From: Pedosphaera sp.
Lineage (GTDB): Bacteria > Verrucomicrobiota > Verrucomicrobiia > Limisphaerales > SIBH01
DNA length: 64,000 bases
NCBI GenBank assembly: GCA_031414955.1
Contig: JANOQV010000146.1
Location: 19,917 to 83,916, forward strand
Direction: 5' to 3'
Part shown: in pieces, positions 45,697 to 55,690 of the stretch
Position numbering within the stretch: position 1 is the first letter of the stretch
Layout: each line of letters opens with the position of its first letter
The notes under the pieces: model-generated
What the model saw: the letters and a program-made list of their open reading frames with translations, nothing else
What the model was told of the DNA's origin: nothing
The model's database searches: none
Translations under genes and position numbers: made by a program

Positions 45697-46767
45697 ATGA
45701 CGTTGCCCTTTTTTAGCACGCGCGCGCAGAAGCGCGACGAGGTAATCGCGATTGACCTGGGAGGTCGCCACACCAAAGCGGTGCATCTCCAGCACAAAGG
45801 TGATCGCTTCAACCTGGTGAGTTACACCATTCAGGATGCGCCGAGTGACAAGGCCACTTGCTCCGTGGAAGTGCTGTCGGAGCATCTGAAGGCGGTGAGC
45901 CGCGCCCTGGGTGACGGCACGAAGTCGGTGGTCATTTCACTGAGTGTGAATGATGCGCTGGTTCGTCGCACCGAAATGCCTCCCATGTCGATGAATGACA
46001 TGCGCCAGTTGCTCAAGTTCAATTCCAAGAATTATCTCCAGCAGGACTTGCCGGATCATGTTTTTGATTGTGCGGCCATCCTCACTCGTCCGGTGGCTGA
46101 AACGGCGGAACCGTCCAAGCCGGCTCCTGGGCAGAAGCAAAAGGTGCTGGTGGGCGCGGGCAAACGGCAGTTGATCGAGGATGTGGCCAGCGCGGCTCGC
46201 AGTGCCGGATTGAATGCGGTGCAAATTGTGCCGGGACTCGTTGGGCCGGCGAATGCCTTTGAATCGAGCGAACCCGAAGCCTTTGCCAACGAAGCCGTGG
46301 CCCTGGTTGATCTGGGTTTTCGTAACACCACCATCGCCATCCTGCAAAAGGGCGAACTCATCATGCATCGCGTGGTGAACATGGGTGGGGATCGCATCAC
46401 GACGGCTTTGGCCGAGGCCATGGGCATCAGCTACCCCGAGGCGGAGGGCATCAAACTGGGCATGCCTACCGAGGTGCAGACCGCGCTCGAACCCGTCGTG
46501 AGTTCCCTCGGCCGCGAATTGCGTGCCTTCATCGACTTCTTTGAGCATCAGCAGGATGTAGCGGTGTCGCAGGTATTCGTTTCCGGAGGAACCGCGCGGG
46601 GCGAACTGCTGGTGCAGGCGCTGCAAATGGAACTGGTCGTGCCGTGCAAGACTTGGAACCCGGCGGCCCGTTTGCACATGACTCTGCCCGCTGAACAGAC
46701 GGCGGAATTCACCAATCTTGCCCCGCAATTGGCCGTGGCCGTTGGTTCCGCCATCGCCGCCCTCTGA
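45697..46767 (+). CDS. pilM: Type IV pilus / T2SS assembly protein PilM (actin-like)
   Basis: 'IAIDLGGRHTKAV', 'LVDLGFRNT', 'GGDRIT', 'AEGIK', 'VFVSGG', 'AVAVGSA'. Confidence 0.88.
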   Translation: MTLPFFSTRAQKRDEVIAIDLGGRHTKAVHLQHKGDRFNLVSYTIQDAPSDKATCSVEVLSEHLKAVSRALGDGTKSVVISLSVNDALVRRTEMPPMSMNDMRQLLKFNSKNYLQQDLPDHVFDCAAILTRPVAETAEPSKPAPGQKQKVLVGAGKRQLIEDVASAARSAGLNAVQIVPGLVGPANAFESSEPEAFANEAVALVDLGFRNTTIAILQKGELIMHRVVNMGGDRITTALAEAMGISYPEAEGIKLGMPTEVQTALEPVVSSLGRELRAFIDFFEHQQDVAVSQVFVSGGTARGELLVQALQMELVVPCKTWNPAARLHMTLPAEQTAEFTNLAPQLAVAVGSAIAAL

Positions 46768-46775
46768 TTTTACTT

Positions 46776-47468
46776 ATGCCTATCCGCATCAACTTATTGG
46801 CTGAAGCCCAGGCGCTGGAGGAAGCGCGACGCAAAGATCCGGTCAAACGCGCCATCTGGATCGGCGGCTTCGTGGTTTTCGCCGTGCTGCTCTGGAGCGC
46901 GACGCTGCAATTCAAGATCATGGCCGTGCGCTCTCAGGTCAACTCGACCGAGGCGAACTGGAAATCCATCGAGAAGCAGGTCACGGAGGTCAACGACCAT
47001 CGCAATCGCACCCGCGATCTGGAATCCAAGCTGTCCGCGCTTCATCAATTCACCACCAACCGGGTTTTGTGGGCGCGCACGCTCGACGCCTTGCAGCACA
47101 CGCCGGTGGAAGGAGTGCAACTGGTGCGTTTTCGCAGTGAGCAAACTTTCCACGCCACCGAACCGGGCAAGCCGGCGGCGCCCGGACCTGGGGCTGCGTT
47201 GGCCAAGTCCGCCCCCGCTCCCGCCACGGTCATGGAAAAAGTGGTGCTCACCTTGGAGGGCAAGGATTACAGCCTGTCGCCCGGCGAGCAGGTGCCGCGC
47301 TACAAGCAGTCGCTGGTCAGCGTGCCGACTCTGGCCAGTCTCCTCCAGAAAACCAATACCGTGCAATTGACCAGCCAGTCCGCGCCCCAGAGCGAGTTGG
47401 GCCGCAGCTATGTGGCCTTTGGATTGCAATTGTTCTTCGAGCAGAAGGAGCGCCGCCTTTATGAGTAA
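46776..47468 (+). CDS. pilN: PilN-like assembly protein
   Basis: N-terminal 'INLL' motif, single TM, coiled coil. Follows pilM. Confidence 0.75.
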   Translation: MPIRINLLAEAQALEEARRKDPVKRAIWIGGFVVFAVLLWSATLQFKIMAVRSQVNSTEANWKSIEKQVTEVNDHRNRTRDLESKLSALHQFTTNRVLWARTLDALQHTPVEGVQLVRFRSEQTFHATEPGKPAAPGPGAALAKSAPAPATVMEKVVLTLEGKDYSLSPGEQVPRYKQSLVSVPTLASLLQKTNTVQLTSQSAPQSELGRSYVAFGLQLFFEQKERRLYE

Positions 47469-48075
47469 ACTTCCCAAAGACAAGCGAGATAAGATCATCG
47501 TGGTCGGGGTCATTACGGTCGTGGCCAGCGCGGCCATCTGGCTGATGCTGATCAAGACCCAGTTCAACACCCTGCACAAAGCCCGCGAGCAAGCCGTCAC
47601 GGCTCTGGGACAATGGGATCGCGGCCAGGCCACGCTCAAGACCAAGGAAAAAACCGCTGCGGACTTCGAGGTGGCCTCCACACAGCTCCGCGACAAGGAG
47701 ACCTTGATGGCTGCCCCGAACGACATGTACTCCTGGCTCATCCAGACGCTGAACAAGTTTCGCGCCGGTCATCGGGTGGAGATTCCGCAGTTTGGGCCGC
47801 CCCAGATGTCCGAAGTGGGCGTGTTCGCCAAATTTCCCTATCAGGCGGCCGTGTTCAATATCCGCGGCACGGCCTATTACCATGACTTGGGCAAATACCT
47901 CGCTGACTTCGAGAATACGTTTCCTTTCATCCGCGTTCAGAACATCGAATTGGAACCGTCCAATGGCGACAACCCGGCCCGCTCGGGCGGTGAGACCGCC
48001 GCCAGCCCCGAATCCCGCGAGAAGCTGAACTTCAAACTCGAACTGCTCACGCTGGTCAAACCCGTCGCACCATGA
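47461..48075 (+). CDS. pilO: PilO/GspM-like assembly protein
   Basis: N-terminal TM, coiled coil, 'GTAYYHDLGKYLADFEN'. Position after pilN. Confidence 0.75.
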   Translation: MSKLPKDKRDKIIVVGVITVVASAAIWLMLIKTQFNTLHKAREQAVTALGQWDRGQATLKTKEKTAADFEVASTQLRDKETLMAAPNDMYSWLIQTLNKFRAGHRVEIPQFGPPQMSEVGVFAKFPYQAAVFNIRGTAYYHDLGKYLADFENTFPFIRVQNIELEPSNGDNPARSGGETAASPESREKLNFKLELLTLVKPVAP

Positions 48076-48539
48076 AAATAACCATGTTCTCCACTGCCAC
48101 CTTGAAGCACTTCGTCGTGACCGCGCTGCTCGGTCTCGTGCTCCTGGCTCAAGCTTCCGACAAATCGGCCACCGTCGCGAAACCCGCCCCGGTCGTCGTG
48201 CCCAAGTCGCTGTTCACGGATGACGCGCAGTTGGGCAAGGATCCGTTCTTCCCCAACTCGACGCGCCGGGTGGCGCAATCTTCCCGCGTCGTGCCGACCA
48301 ACGCCCCGCCCACGGTCTCCAGTTTTAACCTGCTAACCCTCAAAGGCATCTCCGGCACCAAAGGGCAGAGGTTGGCGCTGATCAATGGGGCCACGGTCGC
48401 CGAAGGTGAAGCCGCCGATATCCGCGCCGGCGCCCAAATCATCAAGATCCGGTGCGCGGCCATTCATGAAACTTCCGTGCTCCTCGAACTCGTGGGCAGC
48501 AAGGAAATGAAGGAAATCAGACTCCGCGAAGGAATTTAA
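48072..48539 (+). CDS. PilP/GspC-like protein
   Basis: Signal/TM, 'KDPFFP', 'LTLKGISG..LALING'. Lies between pilO and the secretin. Confidence 0.6.
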   Translation: MKITMFSTATLKHFVVTALLGLVLLAQASDKSATVAKPAPVVVPKSLFTDDAQLGKDPFFPNSTRRVAQSSRVVPTNAPPTVSSFNLLTLKGISGTKGQRLALINGATVAEGEAADIRAGAQIIKIRCAAIHETSVLLELVGSKEMKEIRLREGI

Positions 48540-48583
48540 CCAAAAGGCGCTCCAGCCAAAACGCATCCCAACCGAATAATCCT

Positions 48584-50515
48584 ATGACAACTATGAAAAC
48601 ACACGTTCTGCTCATCGCTGGCTGCCTGGCCGCCACTCCCGTGGCCTGGGGTCAAGACAACGCGGCCCCGACCGCACCCACCAATGCCGCGCCTGCGGCC
48701 ACCAACGCCGCCCCCCCGGTCAAGGCGGACGCCACGCCGGCCGCGCCGCCGGTGGAAAGCGCCAAAGCCGCGAACAACGAGAAAGTGCCGCTCATCGTGA
48801 TCGACGACGTGCCGTTGCTCGACGCCGTCAAGAACCTGGCCCGCCAAGCCGGTCTGAATTACCTGCCCGATCCCAAACTCGCCACCGTGACCAACCAGCC
48901 CAACGTCACTTTGCGCCTGGAGAACGTCTCCGCGCAGGACGCGCTCACGGCCGTGCTCGACACCTACAACCTGCAAATCGTCCAGGATCCGCGCATCAAT
49001 GTGGCGCGCATCACGGTCAAGGATCCGAAGGCCGCCGAGCCGCTCGTGACCAGGATTTACCAGCTCAAGAACATCCAGCCCACGAACATCGTGGACATCA
49101 TCAAGAAGAGCTTCGTCGATCCGCGCGGCAGCGTCATGGGCGACCCCCGCACCAGCCAGTTGATTGTCCTGGCCCCGGAAAAGGAGCTCGTCACCGTGGA
49201 GGACACCATCGCCAAGCTCGACACTCCGACGCGCCAGGTTTTGATTGAGGCGCAGCTTTGGGAAACGGCCCGCAATCCGAAGACGGTCAAGGGCATTGAT
49301 TGGAGCGGCACTTTGGCCAACCAGCAAGTGACCTATGGCAATGGCCGCCTGGATCAGTCTGGTTCCTCCGTCACCACCACCACTCCGGGTGAGCCGTTTA
49401 GCGGCACCACTCCGGCTGGCGTCGCCACTCCTCTTGTGACTCCGCAGTCCAGCACCAAGGCGACGTATAAATACATTCCGGGCAGCGGCCTCACCTTGGA
49501 CAGCGTCAAGGGTTTCCATCCCGCGACGGCCTTCCTGAATGCCGACGGCCTGAGCGCGGTGGTTTCGTTCTTCAACACCGAAACGGACACCGAAATCGTC
49601 TCGACTCCCCGCGCCGTCACCCTGGATCACAACACGGCCCAACTCTCCGTGACCCGCGCCTTCCCGATCTTCAAGATCACGCCCGGTTCGGCCAACAGCC
49701 CGGCCGGTTCGGAAATCACCTACACCAACCTCGGCACCATCCTCAACGTCACGCCGCACATCACGGCGAACAGTAACATTTCCCTGCACGTCATCCCAGA
49801 AGTGTCGGACGTGGCCGGCCAGGACACTTCCATCGTCAACGGCTTCGAGAATCGCGCGAATGTTTACGCCATCCGCCGCATGGAAACCCACGTTCTCGTC
49901 CCGAGCGGCAACACCCTCGTGCTGGGCGGTCTCATCAGCGACCGGACGAAGAATGCCAACAAAAAGGTGCCCCTGCTTGGTGATATTCCGATCCTCGGCA
50001 AATACCTCTTCAATCACGAGAGCAAGGAACGGGACAAGGCGAACCTGATCGTGTTCATCACCCCCACCATCGTCAGCGACAACGACTACCAGGCTGATCC
50101 CAACTCCATCGACTTCCTCAAGCACAAGAAAGTCGAGCGCGCCGACACCAAGGAATCCTTCTGGGACAGCGCCAAGCCGCACGACTGGACGCGCCCGAAG
50201 AAAACGGCGGCCGTCGCGGCCAGCCCGGCTCCGGCCCCGGCCCCGGTCACGCCTGCCGTCGCTACCACGGCGGTCTCCGCTCCGGCGACGTCCGAGACTC
50301 CGGCGCCCGCGGCCGACCTCGCGGCAGTCCCAGCTCCGGTGACACCTCCGACCGACACGGTCGCGGCTCCGGCTGCGCCCGAAACTCCGGCGGCTCCGAC
50401 GGCTCCGGTAGCTCCGGCGGTGGAAAACGCCCCGGCTGTTCCGACTCCGGAGAATGCTCCGGCTCCGGCTCCGGCCAGCCCCACGAATGATGGCGGTGCC
50501 ACCCCGGCTAAGTAA
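48584..50515 (+). CDS. pilQ: Outer-membrane secretin (PilQ/GspD family) with Pro/Ala/Thr-rich termini
   Basis: 'DPRTSQLIV', 'QVLIEAQ', 'SGNTLVLGGLI', 'KVPLLGDIPILGKYLF', 'LIVFITPTIV'. Confidence 0.88.
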   Translation: MTTMKTHVLLIAGCLAATPVAWGQDNAAPTAPTNAAPAATNAAPPVKADATPAAPPVESAKAANNEKVPLIVIDDVPLLDAVKNLARQAGLNYLPDPKLATVTNQPNVTLRLENVSAQDALTAVLDTYNLQIVQDPRINVARITVKDPKAAEPLVTRIYQLKNIQPTNIVDIIKKSFVDPRGSVMGDPRTSQLIVLAPEKELVTVEDTIAKLDTPTRQVLIEAQLWETARNPKTVKGIDWSGTLANQQVTYGNGRLDQSGSSVTTTTPGEPFSGTTPAGVATPLVTPQSSTKATYKYIPGSGLTLDSVKGFHPATAFLNADGLSAVVSFFNTETDTEIVSTPRAVTLDHNTAQLSVTRAFPIFKITPGSANSPAGSEITYTNLGTILNVTPHITANSNISLHVIPEVSDVAGQDTSIVNGFENRANVYAIRRMETHVLVPSGNTLVLGGLISDRTKNANKKVPLLGDIPILGKYLFNHESKERDKANLIVFITPTIVSDNDYQADPNSIDFLKHKKVERADTKESFWDSAKPHDWTRPKKTAAVAASPAPAPAPVTPAVATTAVSAPATSETPAPAADLAAVPAPVTPPTDTVAAPAAPETPAAPTAPVAPAVENAPAVPTPENAPAPAPASPTNDGGATPAK

Positions 50516-50550
50516 TCCAGGCAGTCAACGCAACATTCACGAACCAACTT

Positions 50551-53253
50551 ATGAAGATTCTGCTTCGCAAATGGCGGGGGCTGCAAATCGCGGCGGCGAT
50601 GACCGCGGCGATCCTGCCCCTGCACGGCGCGCAGGTGAAAACGCTCGGTGGCGGACCCAACAACAGCGGCTTTTCCCGCTCTGGTTTCGTCAACGGCAAC
50701 ACCTTGCTCAACGCCAAGTTCTTCAATCCTTACGGACTCGCGCAGGACCAGAATGGCAACCTGTTCGTCGCGGACCGCGCCAACAACATGGTGCGCAGGA
50801 TTAGCAGGCCCGGCGCGGCCGACAGCATGACCAGCACTTTCAAGAGTGGTCTGTTCAGCCCGGTCGGCGTGGCCGTGGACGGCTCGAACAATGTCTATGT
50901 GCTCACTCAGGGCGACGGCAAGTTGCGCAAGTACAGCAACACCGGGCGCCTGCTCCGCACGGTCGGCCGCCTTTCCAGTCCCACAGCCCTGGCGGTCGGG
51001 ACAAACTTCGCGGTCTATGTCGTGGAGTTGGGTGGCAGTCTGAAGAAGATCCCGCTCTCTGGTCCCACCCAGTTGCTCGGCCCGGGCGGATTCAACTCGC
51101 CGCGCGGCATCACCGTCCTGCCGGATGGACGCCTCGCGGTCAGCACCGTGCGCAATCACGCCCTCTATCTCGTGGATCAGAACACGGGTGCGGCCACGCT
51201 CCTGGCCGGAGGCAATGGGGCTGGCTTCAACGATGGTCCCGGCGGGTTGGCCCAGTTCAACGCCCCGCACGGTCTGGCCACGGCCCCGAACGGCATGATT
51301 GTCCTCGCGGACCGCAACAACCATCGCGTTCGCCTCATCTCCACGAACGGCACCGTGAGCACGATCTTTGGCGTCTCGCGCAGCCAATGGACGAGCAGTT
51401 ACGGCGGATGGTCCGACGGCGATTCCTCGGTGGCGGCGATCCGGTCCCCGGTCGGCGTGGCCGTGGGCCGCGACGGCACGGTGTATGACACGGAAGTTTA
51501 CTGGCACTTGATCCGCCAGGCCACGGGTCTGGCGCTGCAATCGACCGGCGGCTCGGGTGCCGTCACGAATATCGTGGGCACAAATATATTCGTCGGCACG
51601 AACGTCATCAGCTTCGGCTTTCCGTCCGGAGAAGGTTCGAGTGAATTCGTGGGCGCAGCCGGCCAGAGTTTCTATGCTCCGGTGACGCTGGCACTGGCGC
51701 CCGGCCAGGAGATGTACTCGTTGCAATTTGGCATTACCGCCACCAACGAAACGGCCACGCCCTTCGATGCTTCCACCGCCCGTTTCGAATCCATGCTGTT
51801 GCAGCCCGGCGGTGTCGTCATCACCTTCGACATTTTGTCGGGGACATTCAAAACCAACGTGACCTACATCTCGATCAACCAGAACTATCAATTCCAGGAT
51901 AACGCCGCCAACCTGCTTGGCGTCGGCTGGATCGAGAAGTATCTTCACACGAACCTCTACAACACCCTGAATCATCACCTGGTGAAATATTCCCAAGCCA
52001 AAGATCATCGGTTTGTCGCCGAGGAGGTTAACAAGGCCATTGTCGGAGCCTACCGCGTGGTCATCCCGGCCACGGCCACGGAAGCGGATACTTTCCGCAT
52101 CAAGTTGTCCAACGCGTCGGCCACCCCGAAAGACTGGACCGAAAACGTCCCCTTGCGCTCGCCCACCGATGGGTCGCTAGGTGCCGGTGCCATGAACGTC
52201 GTCAAACGCATCACCGTGGGTTCCAGGCCGTATATCGTGGGGGATACCGTGCCGTTCCGTTGGTACAACGCGGGTGATTTCGGCGAGGGGACGTTGCTCA
52301 ACAACGACGTCATCCAGGTTTTCGAATCGGCCTTGACCATATACGAGGTGAACTATCCCATCCTGGACAGCGATCTGTTCGACGCCTTGGATGCATCCGA
52401 TGGCACGAGCACGAACGCTCTGTTCCAGGTCGATGATCTGTCGATCAATTCCAAGACGGTGGGTGACGGCCTCCTCGCCGTGGATGATGTGTTCGTCACC
52501 TTCCGCCGTTCCCTCGACCCGACGTTGAAATGGTTTGCGCGTTACTGGTCCAATGGCGTGCGCCATGTCGTGGAGGTTCCGAACGCACTGTCCCTCGGTT
52601 TCGATGTGGCACCCAAGGCCGTGCTGGTCCAGCCGGCGGCGGATGCTCCGGCGGTGCGCCCCTCGGTGGCTCTGAGCTTGAACGACGCGCTGACGACTCC
52701 GAACGTGACGCTTCAGTTCCCCGTTCATGCGGATGTCCTCGGCGGGCACCCGTTGCGAGTGATGATGTTGAGCCTGACGGTCGAGGCTCTGGATGGTTCT
52801 CCGGCCCTCACCACCCCCATCCAGTTTCAGACCGCGCCCGGCTTCCAGGCCCCGGAACTGAGCCGCACGCGCAGCGCAGCCCATTATGCCGCAGTCTGGT
52901 TGACCAACGGCGTCATCGGTTTCTCCGGTTCCGGCACGCTGGCCTTGTTGCATGTCACCATCCCGGCGAACGCCGGCTCCGGGGCGGCCTACCGCGTTCA
53001 CTTCAACCACTTCTCGGGGTCGCCCAACGGCACGGATCTGTTCGCCACTCACACGAGTGACGCGCTCATCCTCCTCTCGGATCGTTCCGGCTCGACCTGG
53101 GGCGACGGCATCTCCGATGCGTGGCGCTTGCGCTGGTTCGGTTCCATCTTCTCGTCCGACGGTGCCGCCGGCGGCGACCCGGATGGCGATGGCGTGATTA
53201 ACTCCATCGAGTCCGCGAACGGCACGGACCCGACCAACGCGCTGTCATACTAA
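50551..53253 (+). CDS. Secreted NHL-repeat protein with Ig/cohesin-like domains and a C-terminal DxDGDG (TSP3-like) motif
   Basis: Signal peptide. NHL repeats 'FFNPYGLA', 'FSPVGVAVD', 'FNSPRGI', 'FNAPHGLA'. Tail 'DPDGDGVINSIESANGTDP'. Confidence 0.8.
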   Translation: MKILLRKWRGLQIAAAMTAAILPLHGAQVKTLGGGPNNSGFSRSGFVNGNTLLNAKFFNPYGLAQDQNGNLFVADRANNMVRRISRPGAADSMTSTFKSGLFSPVGVAVDGSNNVYVLTQGDGKLRKYSNTGRLLRTVGRLSSPTALAVGTNFAVYVVELGGSLKKIPLSGPTQLLGPGGFNSPRGITVLPDGRLAVSTVRNHALYLVDQNTGAATLLAGGNGAGFNDGPGGLAQFNAPHGLATAPNGMIVLADRNNHRVRLISTNGTVSTIFGVSRSQWTSSYGGWSDGDSSVAAIRSPVGVAVGRDGTVYDTEVYWHLIRQATGLALQSTGGSGAVTNIVGTNIFVGTNVISFGFPSGEGSSEFVGAAGQSFYAPVTLALAPGQEMYSLQFGITATNETATPFDASTARFESMLLQPGGVVITFDILSGTFKTNVTYISINQNYQFQDNAANLLGVGWIEKYLHTNLYNTLNHHLVKYSQAKDHRFVAEEVNKAIVGAYRVVIPATATEADTFRIKLSNASATPKDWTENVPLRSPTDGSLGAGAMNVVKRITVGSRPYIVGDTVPFRWYNAGDFGEGTLLNNDVIQVFESALTIYEVNYPILDSDLFDALDASDGTSTNALFQVDDLSINSKTVGDGLLAVDDVFVTFRRSLDPTLKWFARYWSNGVRHVVEVPNALSLGFDVAPKAVLVQPAADAPAVRPSVALSLNDALTTPNVTLQFPVHADVLGGHPLRVMMLSLTVEALDGSPALTTPIQFQTAPGFQAPELSRTRSAAHYAAVWLTNGVIGFSGSGTLALLHVTIPANAGSGAAYRVHFNHFSGSPNGTDLFATHTSDALILLSDRSGSTWGDGISDAWRLRWFGSIFSSDGAAGGDPDGDGVINSIESANGTDPTNALSY

Positions 53254-53304
53254 TCTGGGTGCGCCGGCGAAAGTGCGGCGCATCCCACTCTCCGCAGGAA
53301 ACAC

Positions 53305-53340
53305 GAAGAGGCCCGACGCAAGTCGGGCCTCTTCCGTTTT
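53305..53340 (+). terminator. Intrinsic terminator of the pil-NHL operon
   Basis: gaagaggcccgac-GCAA-gtcgggcctcttc followed by cgtttt. Confidence 0.8.
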
Positions 53341-53545
53341 CCCCGGGCCGGTTCACCACCCTCGAGTCGGGACACCCCGATGCGCCAAGACGTCCGCACG
53401 ATGCTTTGGAGCAACACGAACCAGAAAGACATGAGCCACGCGCTCGCCTTTCTTACGAACCTGATCTGGGTCTGTTCAACACGACCACGCCGCTCCGACT
53501 CAGGGCCGCGGTGCGGCGGGCCGCCCAACGCGGGCCATGGAAGCT

Positions 53546-55576
53546 TCAACCAATCGCGTCGCGCATCGCGGCGAACATGCTTTTCCCTGACTCGACCGTG
53601 ACCGGCGCCTTGGCTTTTTCATCACCACGCTCGATGAAATCCTCCGGAATTTCCGCAAGAAATGGCGAGGTGTGGCAAGGCAGGGACTGGCCGTATTTCT
53701 TTCGAGTCAGGCAATGGCTCATGGTGAGGGTCTGCATCGCACGCGTGATGGCGACATAGAACAAGCGTCGTTCCTCGTCCAGAGTTCCCTCCACCTTGGA
53801 GCGAGTGTGTGGCAGGAGGCCATCCTCCAACCCCACCACGAAGACATGCGGGAACTCCAGTCCTTTGCAACTGTGCATCGTGATCAGCGTCACCGCGTCC
53901 TTCTCGGCCTCCCGCTCTTCTTTGCGATCCGCGTCCAGCGTCAATTCTTCAAGGAAATCGCCAATGCGCTCGCCGCACGGGCCGCTGCCGGTCTGGTCGA
54001 GGCGCGCGAGCAGGTCTTTGATGTTCCGCACGCGATTGTCCGCCGTCTCAATGTTCTTCTCGCCGCGTCGCAGGTCGTCAATATAACCGGCGTCCGCCAA
54101 AAACTTTTCCGCCCATTGAGTGAGTGACGCAGGGCGCACCGTCGCGTCCGCGCTGTCAATCGGCGCGCGCGTCTCCTCGATGAACAGCACGAACTCGCCG
54201 ATGGACTCCCGCGTCTTGGTCGTGAACATCGCCTGCACGTCCGTGTGCCGCATGGCGCTGAAGACCGAGCAATTCCGCTCCTGGCTCGCGCCCAGCAGGC
54301 GCTCCATCGTCACGTCGCTCAGGCCGCGCGCGGGCACGTTCGCGATGCGCAGCAGGCTGATGTCGTCGTGCGGATTCACGAACATCTTCAGGTAGGCCAG
54401 CGTGTCGCGGATTTCGCGCCGGTCGAAAATGCTCTGCCCGCCGATCAGGTTGTAGCGGACGCCCGCCTTGCGCAGCGCGATTTCCAACGGCGTGGATTGA
54501 ATGTTCGTGCGGAAGAGAATCGCGCATTCCTTCCACGGCACGCGCTTGGCCATGCGCTGAAATTCAATCTCCTCCACCACCGTGCGCGCCTCGTCCTCGT
54601 CGGTCTCGAAGGTGTTCAGCGTGATGCGGTTCCCGTCGCCCTTCGCGGACCAGAGCTGTTTGCCACGCCGCTGCGCGTTGTTTTTAATCACCGCGTTGGC
54701 CGCTTTGAGAATGATGTTCGTGGAACGGTAGTTCTGCTCCAGCTTCACGACCTTGACCTCGGGAAAATGCTTTTCCAGGTCGAGCAAGTTGGCGATCTCC
54801 GCGCCGCGCCAGCCGTAGATGCTCTGGTCGTCATCGCCCACCACGCAGAGGTTGCGATGCTCCACGCACAACTGATTCACCAGTTCGAACTGCGCCGCGT
54901 TCGTGTCCTGATACTCATCCACCATCACGTAGCGATACTTCGCGCGGCAGGCTTCGAGCACGGCAGGATGTTCGCGAAAGAGTTTCAGCACCAGCAGCAG
55001 CAGGTCATCGAAGTCCACCGCGTTGCAGGCCTTGAGCGCGCTGTCGTAACGCCGCGAGACGTGCTGCGCCAGAGCCACCGCACCCTCGTCCATCAGCTTG
55101 GCGTTCAAGCCGCCGTTCTTGAAGCGGCTGATCAGCGCGTGAATCACCTTCGGATCAGTCTTCTCGCCTTTCGCGGAAATGTGGCTGAGGATTTTCTTGA
55201 TCGCCCCGAGCTGCTCCGCCTCGTCGTAGATGACAAAATTCCGTTTGTAGCCGAGCACCTCGATGTGCTGACGGAGAATCCGCACGCAGAGCGAATGGAA
55301 CGTGGAAATGGTCGGCTTGTCCGTCTCGCCCTCGTCGTTCTTGGCCGCGCGCGGCAGCAACTTGGTCACACGCTCCTTCATCTCGCGCGCCGCCTTGTTC
55401 GTGAAGGTGACGGCGAGAATGTTCCCCGGCTTGAGGCCACGCTCGACCATGTGCGCGATGCGGAAGGTGATGACGCGCGTCTTGCCCGTGCCCGCGCCGG
55501 CGAGGATGAGCACCGGTCCGCGGATCGTCTCCGCAGCCAGGCGTTGCTGGGGGTTGAGCGAGTTCAGGTTCACCAT
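53546..55576 (-). CDS. UvrD/Rep/PcrA-family ATP-dependent DNA helicase
   Basis: 'AGAGTGKT', 'TFTNKAAREM', 'VDEYQDTN', 'VGDDDQSIYGWRGA', 'LEQNYRS', 'HSCKGLEF', 'EERRLFYVAITRA'. Confidence 0.95.
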   Translation of the reverse strand: MVNLNSLNPQQRLAAETIRGPVLILAGAGTGKTRVITFRIAHMVERGLKPGNILAVTFTNKAAREMKERVTKLLPRAAKNDEGETDKPTISTFHSLCVRILRQHIEVLGYKRNFVIYDEAEQLGAIKKILSHISAKGEKTDPKVIHALISRFKNGGLNAKLMDEGAVALAQHVSRRYDSALKACNAVDFDDLLLLVLKLFREHPAVLEACRAKYRYVMVDEYQDTNAAQFELVNQLCVEHRNLCVVGDDDQSIYGWRGAEIANLLDLEKHFPEVKVVKLEQNYRSTNIILKAANAVIKNNAQRRGKQLWSAKGDGNRITLNTFETDEDEARTVVEEIEFQRMAKRVPWKECAILFRTNIQSTPLEIALRKAGVRYNLIGGQSIFDRREIRDTLAYLKMFVNPHDDISLLRIANVPARGLSDVTMERLLGASQERNCSVFSAMRHTDVQAMFTTKTRESIGEFVLFIEETRAPIDSADATVRPASLTQWAEKFLADAGYIDDLRRGEKNIETADNRVRNIKDLLARLDQTGSGPCGERIGDFLEELTLDADRKEEREAEKDAVTLITMHSCKGLEFPHVFVVGLEDGLLPHTRSKVEGTLDEERRLFYVAITRAMQTLTMSHCLTRKKYGQSLPCHTSPFLAEIPEDFIERGDEKAKAPVTVESGKSMFAAMRDAIG

Positions 55577-55690
55577 TGGCCCGCGCAGTCTAGGAGCCGT
55601 GGATGGTCAGACAAGCAGACAAAGCGGGACGCAGAGGAAATAATCCTGGCCGGCCCGAAGGAGGACGCGGCTGGCTGGGTTGGCCGTCGC

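Noticed and set aside
48536..53052. Minus-strand ORFs of 548, 640 and 291 aa
   Set aside because: Antisense shadows of the secretin and NHL genes.
53546..55576. UvrD-type helicase (and ligA) as enediyne self-resistance genes
   Set aside because: They look like ordinary housekeeping genes, more than 38 kb from the cassette.
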